Source of the DNA: Octopus sinensis
Taxonomy: Eukaryota
Assembly (NCBI RefSeq): GCF_006345805.1
Contig: NC_043015.1
Coordinates: 21,018,001 to 21,082,000, forward strand
Length of the DNA: 64,000 nt
Direction: 5' to 3'
Part shown: positions 51,960 to 64,000 of the stretch, piece after piece
Position numbering within the stretch: position 1 is the first letter of the stretch
Layout of the letters: each line of letters begins with the position of its first letter
Program-made: the position numbers and the translations under genes
Notes under the pieces: generated by a model
Seen by the model: the letters and a program-made list of their open reading frames with translations, nothing else
What the model was told of the DNA's origin: nothing
Databases searched by the model: none

Positions 51960-51962
51960 CTG

Positions 51963-51999
<37 letters not shown>

Positions 52000-52125
52000 A
52001 ATCCGTCTATCTATCTGTCTGTCTGTCTGTATGTCTATCTATCTATCTATCTATCTATCCGTCTATCTATCTATCCGTCTGTATGTCTATCTATCTATCC
52101 GTCTATCTATCTATCCGTCTGTATG

Positions 52126-52176
<51 letters not shown>
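51960..52176. repeat. (TATC)n/(TGTC)n compound microsatellite with a 40-bp higher-order repeat
   Basis: CCGTCTATCTATCTATCCGTCTGTATGTCTATCTATCTAT at 52059 and 52099. Confidence 0.9.
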
Positions 52177-52948
52177 CAACTAAGAGATAGGGAGTTAACT
52201 AGCTAATTAACTAACAAGCTTCGCAAGCATTTATCCATCTGTCATTTTAGCGAATTAAGAACACCCACACAAAGTATATCCAAACACACACACAAACACA
52301 ACACAAGAGTCCCTAATCAAATTATGGCCATATTTACCGACTAGTGACACACGAATACACACACACACACAACACACACACACACACACGTGTATGTGTG
52401 TGTGAACAAGTTACAGCACTTCATATAGGCACCAGGAAGCGCACATAATCTTACAGCTGAGTGTGTGTGTGCAGAGGTGTGTGTACTTGAAATACAAACG
52501 CAGAAACCCGGCACCTTGGCATAGGTGCAGACTCTTAACACGTTCATTATACATACTACACAGATACGCAAATACGATGAGTGTATATATATATATATAT
52601 ACATGTGTGTGTGTGTGTGTGTGTGTACACACGCACACTGCATTTGATACACGGAGACACAAACGCACTCATGAAAGCAGAAACCATACCCAAACATATA
52701 CACGACGATATACGCGGTCACACGCACACAAACATATATACGACAAGCTTATAAGCACCTGTCTGGTGTTTGTGTGTGTGTCTGTGTGTGTGTGTATGAG
52801 AGAGAGAGCAAGAGAGAGAGAGAGAGAGAGAGAGAGCATTCGTAGTATACACAAATATAATTACACACACAACACGCACGAGTATATGTGTGTATCTGTA
52901 GATATACATGTATGTGTTCATACGCAGGCAGACGCACGCACACACACA

Positions 52949-53009
<61 letters not shown>

Positions 53010-53689
53010 CCACAGTGTCAATTCAAATAAAAAGGAAGCTTCTTAAGTGGTCGCTCCATATGCATGACATAGCAGCCAATCTTCCTTAAAGCATATACTC
53101 CCACTTAATCAGATGATTGTATCTAATACTAAAATAACATTAAAATAACGTAGATTTCGACGGTGCCACAAGTGAGATGGAGAGGTCATAGAAAGAAGGC
53201 TTTTTATCACATGTCTACTTGATCAAAGAGTTGACGTGTAGTAAAACGATAACGAATACAGATACTTATTTCCGTAACACAAGGCTCAGCAACCCTTAAG
53301 GTAGTTCTTCCAGTCAATCCTCTACGTCCTGAGTTCAAATACCGCTATGGTCGACCTCACCTTTTATCACTCCGAGATCGGTAAAATAATGTACCAGTCA
53401 TAGACTAGGGTCTATATAAACGACTAACCTTCTTCACTCAATTTTTCTGACTTTGTATGCCTGCGCTGGGAAAAATATTAAAAATCTTTGTAGTTATTCA
53501 TTTGGAGATACTGGGATACAAAATATTGAACTGTTTAATCAGCACATCGACCGAGAATATATAGTTTGTGGTATGGTTCTTCATTTTATCGATCTTTATA
53601 CTTTGAATCGCTAACCTCGATGTGGAAAGGGATACAAACTAAGCAACACCGGTTCTTGGACCGATACAAACAGAAAATGTACACCCCCT

Positions 53690-54460
53690 CCCACACACAC
53701 GCACGTATATACGCATGTATATGTGTGTGTAAATATACATATATAGTCCTATTAACATGCATATGTACATATATACACATACGCACATATGTATACATAG
53801 ACATTCATATATGCCACAAGCACACACACACACGTACGCACACATGCACACGCACACACACACACATATATATATATAAACACGCATATACACAGATATA
53901 TACATACAATCGTACGCACACATATGGCTACTCGCATACACCTATATACCCCGAGATATATACAAAGGTGTATACATAAATAATATTATATATATATATA
54001 TATATTTATGCGCGCGCATATACACACACATACATGCATATATAAACGTACACGCATAAGCATAACATACGTACATGCATATTTACTTACGCATATATTC
54101 AAATACACGTATATACATATACACTCACACATTGTTACAAACTTATCTTTATATATATGTACACATACATGCATACATACATACATACACCCCTGCACAT
54201 ACACAATCGCTTACGCACACACAAAATTAGCGTGCACGCATACGCTATATACATAGAGGAATTTGTGTGTGTAGCGTACACACACGAAAATTCCCCAAAA
54301 TATTTAAGTCCCAGAGCAAATATTAAAGATGTAGGAATGCAACGTACTGTTCTTCATTGGACTCATTATGTTATAGCATATACACATACATATATAGCCA
54401 AATACACACACGTAGACATATATTCACACACACACACCAGGGCGCATACGCACATATACG
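53690..54460. repeat. Cryptically simple alternating purine-pyrimidine (CA/TA/CG) domain
   Basis: Directly visible; similar domains at ~55280-56100 and ~61490-61800. Confidence 0.85.
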
Positions 54461-54728
54461 TTTATAAGAGATGGGATTCTGCACATTCTCCCTTTAAGAA
54501 ATTCCTCTCGCATAATATTTGGTCAGCTTCAGAATGTAGCGAAACCATTTGCATGTGAGGGGAATGTCGCGCCGAGGAATTGAACCAGGCACCACGTGGT
54601 TGTGAGACTCACCTGTTAACCTACATGCCTTTCTGTCTCATACATACATTACATATATATATATATATATATACATGTTTATATATACACACACACAATA
54701 AACTGACTCTAATAATAATAATAATAAT

Positions 54729-54778
<50 letters not shown>

Positions 54779-54968
54779 ATATCGGTTGCATTTCTGATTT
54801 AATATAGATTATTTTGCATACACATTAGTCTTTCACTAGAAGCATACATACACACACATATATAACCATAATTATATATACATATATATGTGTGGTGTGT
54901 GTGTGTGTTTGTGTGTGTGTGTGTTTGTGTTTGTGTGTGTACATACACACACAGAATGTGCTTACATA

Positions 54969-55025
<57 letters not shown>

Positions 55026-55427
55026 CCCACATATTTGTAGAAGACTGTGAGGCCTCTGTGTGATCTCTCGACCAACTAGTAAACGTAGTTATGTCGCCAT
55101 CCAATCGTGCATTAACCGTCTTATAAAAAAAAAAAGGAACACAATTCCTATCATGATCCTAAAAGTCTTATATACTTGAAAAAATTTAACAGACGGTCAT
55201 GCTTTGATTGTCTGACATTATATTTCCTCAACCACCATTGACCTAGGGTTAAATAATTGCTGCAAGCGAGATACATAACACATGCCGTAAAGCACATAAA
55301 CAGACATTAGCACAAACGCACAGAAACCAAACAGAAGTACATCGCTTCGGAGCAAAACTTACAAACACACACAACATATCATGACGAACATATTCACACA
55401 CACACGGACGTCACTTATCAACATCCC

Positions 55428-55458
<31 letters not shown>

Positions 55459-56492
55459 TGTCACACATTATTTGTAAATTCTGTCAACGTAAATCTATCA
55501 CTTATTATTGGAAACTTAAGGAACTTTCAGCTTAAAGAAAATCTTATCTCCATACATATACGCATGTACGAACACATGTTGAAAACGTACACACGCACAC
55601 ACACACTTTCAGGATATTATAAATATATATACACACATAGATGCATGTATGTATGTGTATGTATGTTTGTGTGCGTGTGACTGCTGTGAATGCACTCGGA
55701 CACACACACACATATGCATAATCGTGCATATAAACCTACACACGAACACAAACACACTCACACACGCGCACATATATATGCATACGGTAATTGATATAGA
55801 TGTATAGATTTACATTGACACATACTTGTCTTATGTATATGCACATATACATGTGTGTATATAAAATACACATGAACATGTATGTATATACTACAATGAA
55901 CGATGCCTAGTTTTCATGCGTAAATGTATAGATGTGATATATACTCACATACACACGTATATGTTCACCTACGTTTCTTTGCAAAGCGAAGCACAATATT
56001 ATATATATGTGTGTCGACGTGATACATACACATATATTGCAGTTTATGTGCCTGCTTCGTTCCATATACGCATGCACACGCGCACACAATCTCATCACTC
56101 ATCACGTTTGATGTCCTCCCTACCCGACCACCGTAGTAATGCTCGCCAATTTTTGTACGTACCGAGTTTTGTGGATTAAATGTTACATGAAGCTGAAAGC
56201 AATTACGAACAGTACAATAATCATAATGAACAATGTTAATTATAAACAATGCTAATTATCAGAGTCAAATTGAATAGATCGCATATACGTTACACGCACG
56301 CAACGAAATACATAAAACTGCGTGAACTTTATATGAATTTTTGTTTTTAATCTCAAAACTAATGTAATCAGAAAGAGTAACTCTTGAAAATTCAATATTC
56401 AAATAAAAATTTTAGTTTTAAATATACTTCAATTGATACTCTATAGGTAAATAATTATTGTCAGGTAGCATATATATAGTCATGTATATATA

Positions 56493-56531
<39 letters not shown>

Positions 56532-56813
56532 TATATATTATATATACACACATACACACACACATCTGATCATATTTACATATATGTATTCTTGTACATA
56601 TTTTAATATATATATATATATATATTGGTTCATATACATATGTGTATGTATTTGTATAATACACACGTGCGTGTGTGAAAAAATTGTATATTTGTAAGCA
56701 TACAAAGATAACGAGTGTTTTTCCATGTGTATACGTGTGTATACATATGTGTGTGTGTTTATATATGCATATGAATTCACACACATATATATGCATATAA
56801 ACCTACACAACAG

Positions 56814-56985
56814 ACGGCAAAAAATGAAATTTTTGAAAGTTGGCACAACAGAAAAAAATAGCAAAAACAAAAAAATTTCATTATGTTACATTCTGACACT
56901 GGAACCGAACTCGGTACTGAACGGTCCATTCTTGGAATAGTACAGTTGTCAATTTGATACTCTCTGTAACTTTAATTTTTGCCGT
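56814..56985. mobile_element. Possible small MITE
   Basis: ACGGCAAAAATGAAA at the left end and TTTAATTTTTGCCGT at the right end (14/15 complementary); no TSD seen. Confidence 0.35.
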
Positions 56986-58440
56986 TTCCTTTCATTTAAC
57001 TATTAACTTTCCTCTTCCAGTTGTTTACACGTATAGAAGAATTTCTAAAAAGCAATCCCGATGAATGAGGTTGGGTGGGTGAAGAAATTATCTCGATATC
57101 ATTGCAGTCTATCTATCTATCTATCTTTCTATCTACCCATTTATCTATCTATCTAAGTTCGGTATGCGGAATTAAGAATATGAGTAAGAAGTGAAGATTA
57201 ACTGTAATGGTTTCATATTTGTGTGTGTGTATGTAAATATACACTCATATACACACACACACATACATACATATAAATGTTAAGAGAAGCGGGTACATGG
57301 ATAAAAGAACACACACATACATGCATGTATGTATGTATTAGTGCATGTCTATGCATATATGTATATAACTATGCAAAAATATGTACAAATATTTACTTAC
57401 CGGATATTGTCAAAATGGTAGAGCCAAATTGTAAACCAATATATGTTTTGTATTAAGAGTATTGTTACTCTTCATATAGGTGTTATGATACAGATGATAA
57501 TAATAATAATAATAATAATATCCTCTTAATATTTCGTTTCTTTCACTTGTTTGTGTTTATAATGCTTCAAGACTCGTCACATATATGTATATACATATAT
57601 ATATGTATATATGTATATAAGTAGATAGATAGATATGTATTGATGTATCGAGTGTGTTCTATGTGTGTGTGATTTCCTAAGTTTTGTTATTTCATTGCTG
57701 TATTTTGTTCAATTTCAACAAAATCAAATATAAATACATATATACATATATATGTATGTATTTATGTAGAAGTGCGAGGCTTTTTTTACTTCGTTTTTCT
57801 GTTTAAGTTTTGTGTTTATATTGATATTATCGAAGCATTATATTAATTTATAGTTGCTGATAACCTTTTTGTGTATATAGAGTGCAACTATTCGTAAATA
57901 AGCACACACCGATATAATATATATATAAATGCTTCTATGTATATATGCCCCTAAGTTTGTGTATAAATGCTACGAAGTCTGTCTTTGCAGCGGTATGATG
58001 TGTATATATAAACTGAAAACTATATCCACAATGTTTATAGTCAAATTATTCTTACAAATATGTTTATACGAGTAATGTACACATACATAGATATATTCAC
58101 ACGCGTTTATGTATGCATATATATTATAGTACAATTAAATGCTTCTTATAATAGTTTAAACGTATATTAGCTGATGCGTATAGCACAATGTGTGTGTGTG
58201 TTTGTTCGCATTGGTCGTTTTTTCTTTCTTTTTTCAACTTGTTTATATTTAACAATGTGAGCGTGTGTATATATTTATATATATACGTTTGTGTATTCGA
58301 TATTCTTGATTTTTATAATTCAAACAATATTTCGAATGCTTATTTTTTTCCTATTTGTAAATTTTGTCAATACATTCTCAAGCAATTGTTTGGCTTTTTT
58401 AAAAAAAAATATCACAAACTTCACTCTCGTCGCAAATACC

Positions 58441-58477
<37 letters not shown>

Positions 58478-58745
58478 TAATAATAATAATAATAGAAACG
58501 GTTTATATCTTTGGCACTAGTTATAACACTAATATTACCAATAATAAGCACAATAAACAGTTGCAACGGTTATAAAAGCTAATATTGCACGCTGTGTTTG
58601 TATAACTGTATATGTATATATGGATAGGTAGATGTATGCTGTTTTACGTACGAATTGTGTGTGTATAATATGCACATACTTCAATTTATGTATGTGTGTG
58701 TGCCTGTTTGTGAAACATATCTATCTATATATGAATGAGTCAAAG

Positions 58746-58792
<47 letters not shown>

Positions 58793-59299
58793 GCGCTGTT
58801 AAAATTTAGGTATTAATTATTCCGTGTAAAAAGGTAGATATATAAACGTGAGGTTTCTCTCCTTGAGTAAAAAAAGTTTTGCCCGTTTGAACGTGTTGAC
58901 AGGGTGCGGGTAATAAACTCCTTGTTTATATGTATATAAATTGATATACATACACATACATATATATATATATAATATATAAATATTTATATATTAATTA
59001 TAAAAATTACATTCATACGTACAAACATACATTTATATATATCTATATACAAATATATAGATATTTATATATATTTATATATATATATATATATATATAT
59101 ACTCACACACACATATTATATATTATATATATACATATATATACATACATGTATGTATATATATACTGACATCGGCTTCAATATCATATGTATATGCTAT
59201 GAAATACTCCGTTGTGAACACATGGTCCTCGCATTCGGTACAGCGTTTTCAACCGACAAGAATATATAAACAAGCGAGAACTGCATCGACAACATCCCC

Positions 59300-59924
59300 C
59301 GTTCTATAATGAAACCGCCCTCTACACCACAACCGACTGCGACGATGACGACGATGACGATCACGACGACGGCGATACCATCGCCATGACAGTATTGAGA
59401 ATAATGACGGTGGTGGTGGTGACGGTGGTGATGGTTGTAGCGAGTAGCGAAGATGGCGGCGACTGCGGTGGTATACGATCGCTTTTATGTCGATGGCGGA
59501 GGAGGAGAAGAAGAAGGAAGGTGCAGGTGGAGGTGAGAGCGGCGGCGGCGACGTATTTTTGTTGTGATGAGGGTGTGAGGGGTGGAGAAAGAAGCGAACA
59601 CGACCACAACCACCATAATGTACTATTTATTATCATCATAAACATCATTATCATTAACATTATCGCCATTATCATCATCGATAATAATGATAATAACAAA
59701 GAACAACAATAATACTCGTTATTAATATTAATTTAGTCTTGTGTTAAATAAATCAATGTGATTAATGGTAGCAATATCTTTATTATTATTTTTATTATTG
59801 CCCCTGTGGCAAAGAAAAAAAAATCATTGCTTTTCGTTAATATTAATGCCATTTTATTATTTCTAATATTAAATATATATAAATTTAAAAAAACCAACGA
59901 TTATTATTAATAGTGTTATTTTCC

Positions 59925-59986
<62 letters not shown>

Positions 59987-60354
59987 GTAGTAGTAGTAGT
60001 AGTAGTAGTAAACAGTAGTAGTAGATGTTTTAGTAATATCGGTGAAGATAATGCTGATGATGTTGATGGTGATAGTGAACGGGGATGATAATGTCGGCAT
60101 CATCATCATCACCACCATCATCATAATTATCATTAGTTGCAGCGGCAGCATCACCAACCATGACTTGCCGGCAATAGCAGCAGCAGCAGCAGGGTCAGCA
60201 GCAGCAGGGTCAGCAGCAGCAGGGTCAGCAGCAGCAGCAGTAATCGTAGCAATAGTTAGTAATGCAACAAGTAGTAGTAGTAGTAACAGCAGCAGTCATT
60301 TATTAGTAGTATCGAAGCCTTAGTAGCAACAGCAGCAGCAGCAGCAGTAGCAGC

Positions 60355-60385
<31 letters not shown>

Positions 60386-60660
60386 CTGGTGCGCGCCGGT
60401 AGTAATTCTTAGCGTGTGTGTGTATGGTGGCAGTTGTAATAGTGGTAGTAGTAGTAGTAGTAGTAGTACAAGTGTTAGCTGTTGTGGTTGTAGTCGTGGT
60501 GGTGGTGGCTTTCGTTATACTTTGCTAGTGTAAAAGTGTTTGCCTGTGACGGTCTCGGTGGTAGCCGCACCACCACCAGCAGCAGCAGCAGCAGCAGTAA
60601 AAGCGACAGCAGCAACGCAGCAGCGTCGGTGTTGTTCGAGTTGTTGTTGTTATAGGTTAG
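59300..60660. repeat. Large trinucleotide mosaic (GAC, GGT, ATC, TAT, TAG, CAG) including a 15-bp CAGCAGCAGCAGGGT x3 repeat
   Basis: Directly visible; 15-bp unit at ~60181-60225. Confidence 0.9.
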
Positions 60661-60702
60661 TTGATGTTAATGCCGTAACGCAGGTTTGTTCTGTCTGTCT
60701 GC

Positions 60703-60737
<35 letters not shown>

Positions 60738-60786
60738 ACATAAGCGCGCGCACACACACACATAACACATACATACACACACACAT

Positions 60787-60822
<36 letters not shown>

Positions 60823-60945
60823 ATATATACATACACAACACACAAACGCAATATATATACATATACTATACACGGCACCCACATACACATATGCTACATG
60901 CACACATACGTACTATAAACACCACGCATACATGTATACGTACTA

Positions 60946-60981
<36 letters not shown>

Positions 60982-61051
60982 ACACACACAACGAAGTCTT
61001 GCAACGCCTTCCTTTGCTCACCCTTATTCTACCTCAAATTTCCTCGCTGTT

Positions 61052-61123
<72 letters not shown>

Positions 61124-62017
61124 GTCATTCCTCTCCCTCTCTTTCCATTCATTCATTCATTCATTCAACCGTTTCGTTTATGTCTATGCAACATCTTTCC
61201 GTCTGTCTTTCCATCCATCCATCCGCTTCTCTATCTATGTATCTATATATACACCCATCTCTCTATTCTCCTATCCATCCATCCATCCATCCATCCATCC
61301 ATCCATCCATCCATGTGTGTGTGCGTGTATGTGTGTATGTAAATGTATGGCAATTATACGTAAGTACTTCGTCGTTCTTCCGAAAATGCCTTTCTGTGCG
61401 GTGTAATTAGCGATAAGGTTCGCTAGAAGTGGAAAGAAGCGGATTGGGCGAAGAGATGCGAAGAAATAAACTGAAGCCTCATTCATATATATATACGCGC
61501 ACACACACGTATGCACACACTCACACACGTATACACACACATATATGCGAACACACACACCTATACACACATAAACGCACACATATATATATATATACGC
61601 ACACACATATATATAGACACACGTATACACACACACAATTATACACGTATATATATACATGCACTCACATACATACACAAAGAGATGTATACACATACAC
61701 GTATATACATACACACATATACACACATATGTGCATCTCTCTATCTCTGTATATATATATATATATATACAAACCGACACGGACATGTATCTACAGTTAT
61801 CAATCTTTTTACCTGTCGATATAGTTATCAATCCACCTGTCTACCTGACAGTTTACCTATCTATGTATGTGTAGTTCAAAATAATTATAACTACTTATTT
61901 ATTTAGGCATGTCCGTGAATCTGTGTGCATGTATGTATGTATCTATCTATGTATATCTATAATGTATCTATCTATCTACGTATATATCTGCCTATCTATC
62001 TCTCTACTCACCTATCC

Positions 62018-62070
<53 letters not shown>

Positions 62071-62235
62071 GCTAGCTAGCTAGCTAGCTGTGTATGTGTG
62101 TATCTATCTATCTACGCATATCTCTATCTATCTATCTACTCACCTATCTACCTATCACTGATTATATGCACCTTTCTATATCTATTAGTCTATGCCTATG
62201 TATGTTTATATATGTATACGTATATTTGTGTTTCA

Positions 62236-62308
<73 letters not shown>

Positions 62309-62610
62309 CGGTGCTCCAGCATGGCTGCAGTCAAATAACCGGAACGGGTAAAAGAAGAATAACAGAAGTACACACACAGACATATGACATACATATAGCC
62401 CTCCCCTCAATCTCTGTGATCGATCCTCCATCTTTCCAACTACATACGAAACAAATATCATGGCAAACAACCCCACCACGACCACCACCACCCATCACTA
62501 AGATTTCTACATAAGTGTGTATCCTCAGGCTGAAGTATTTGATGTCTGATTATAAACTCCTCTTTTGCCTCAATTCAGTCCTTGCTTAGCCACGGATATA
62601 ACTTCTACAT

Positions 62611-62869
62611 CGGTGCTTCTCTACAGGGGCCCACATGAACCTTTGTGCATCCATATGACCCTTCGGCTTCCATGTGAGATATTACTGAAATTTATCTGCA
62701 GTTTATAGCAGGATTGGCTGTGTGGTAACAAGCTTGCTTCCCAACCACATGGTTCCGGGTTCAGTCCCACTGCATGGCACCTCGGGCAAGTGGCTTCTAC
62801 TATAGCCTCAGGCTGACTAAAGCCTTGTGAATAGATTTGGTAGACGGAAACTGAAAGAAGCCATTTCTG

Positions 62870-62908
<39 letters not shown>

Positions 62909-63285
62909 TTTATTTGTGTGTCTCTGTTTTCCCCCCTCCACCATCGCTTGACAACCGATGTTTGTGTGTTTACATCCCCGTAATCCAGCGGTTCAGCAAA
63001 AAGAGACCGATAAAATAAGTACTAGGCTCACAAAGAATAGGTCGATTCGTTTGACTAAATGCAGTGCTCCAGCATGGCCGCAGTCAAATAACAAATAAAA
63101 GAATATACTGGTTATACTTTTAAAATACACAAAATATTTCACCATTTAAAAAAAAATATAATTCTAATAATTAATTATAAAAATATGACAGGAATTTTTT
63201 AAAACATTGACTAGTTATGAGGGTCCAGCCGGGTAGAATATGTATGAAAAGGGTCCATAGTTAAAATCTAGTTAGGGGCCACTGT
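62611..63285. mobile_element. Probable hAT-like MITE interrupted by a SINE
   Basis: GGGGCCCAC / GGCTTCCATG motifs on the left; GAGGGTCCA, AAGGGTCCATAG and terminal ...CCACTG on the right; TIR match is weak and the assignment rests on recalled similarity. Confidence 0.4.
62708..63105 (+). mobile_element. Full-length SINE, family A, with internal (TA)n
   Basis: GGATTGGCTGTGTGGTAACAAGCTTGCTTCCCAACCACATGGTTCCGGGTTCAGTCCCACTG...GGAAACTGAAAGAAGCC...GTGCTCCAGCATGGCCGCAGTCAAATAAC. Confidence 0.92.
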
Positions 63286-63289
63286 TCTA

Positions 63290-63575
63290 CACGGTCGACC
63301 TGCCTGAAATAACAGCCAAATGTTTCCTGAATTAACCGCTACTGTCTTCAATATGGAAGGGTTCGTTTGGATATGGTGGTCCAAGGCATACTTTTGAAAA
63401 CACAGCAAATAGCAAAACTTTTGATTTTAGGGTTGCTCAGTTAATTATGATTTAGGGTTAAAGAAGAATAATAGGAAGGATTTTGAATAAAGCAGTCCTA
63501 AATATGCAAGATGGAATGGTCACAGCGAGAACGCTTTTTATTATAGGCTGTATCAGGTTTGCTCAGGGTTTCAAC
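63290..63575 (+). mobile_element. Degenerate repeat, family E
   Basis: GAAATAACAGCCAAAT...GATGGAATGGTCACAGC...CAGGGTTTCAACAATAAC. Confidence 0.5.
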
Positions 63576-64000
63576 AATAACGAAGGCAGCAAAAATAAAG
63601 ACGCATAGATTAAAAGAAATTGGGAATATGGAAGGATGCTCACGGATGGATCGCATTTGATCATCAATGCTTTTTCAAACCTGTGATGCAAATGTTGGAT
63701 TGAAAAACAGTGCCATAAAGAGCAGCCCTCCTTCCATGCCCACCGAGTTTTAGTTGAATACTGGACATTTGGATTGATTAATTAGACGATGTTCATTCAT
63801 TCGGCCAGCAACCTTTTCTACAAATTTTTGCAGCTTCTATGGTTGTGAAGTTAAGAAGCCCCCGTTTTAACTGCGTGGTTTGCGGTTCAATCTGACTGTG
63901 CAGCAGTTTCGTAGACGGAAATTTTGGGTGCCCTTCCTCTGTGTGTGTGTGTGTATGTGTGTGTGTGTGTGTATGTGTGTGTGTGTGTGTGTGTGTGATA

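Overview
Gene-poor, AT-rich eukaryotic DNA that is almost entirely repeat-derived. It has dense (TA)n/(CA)n/(GA)n/(TATC)n microsatellites, trinucleotide mosaics, and many copies of several tRNA-headed SINE families. The SINE types and microsatellite density resemble an octopus (coleoid cephalopod) intron or intergenic region; this is recognised from memory and not verified by a search. I found no credible host protein-coding gene. Nearly all ORFs in the supplied track are translations of microsatellites or low-complexity DNA. The only clear protein-coding relic is a decayed Tc1-type transposase (9765-10650, minus). Several MITEs have visible TIRs. The more unusual observations are: (1) five degenerate hammerhead-ribozyme-like motifs of the Penelope-like-element type, one beside a ~230-nt near-perfect hairpin; (2) a 125-bp fold-back built from a SINE by apparent template switching; (3) SINE composites bracketed by doubled or tripled target-site repeats; (4) a circularly permuted B-A-A-B duplication between microsatellites; (5) a structured, (GAA)n-tailed segment fused to a SINE head; (6) a long-TIR MITE family present twice. 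No multi-gene biological system is supported. Family letters A-F are my own labels, and boundaries of degenerate repeats are approximate.
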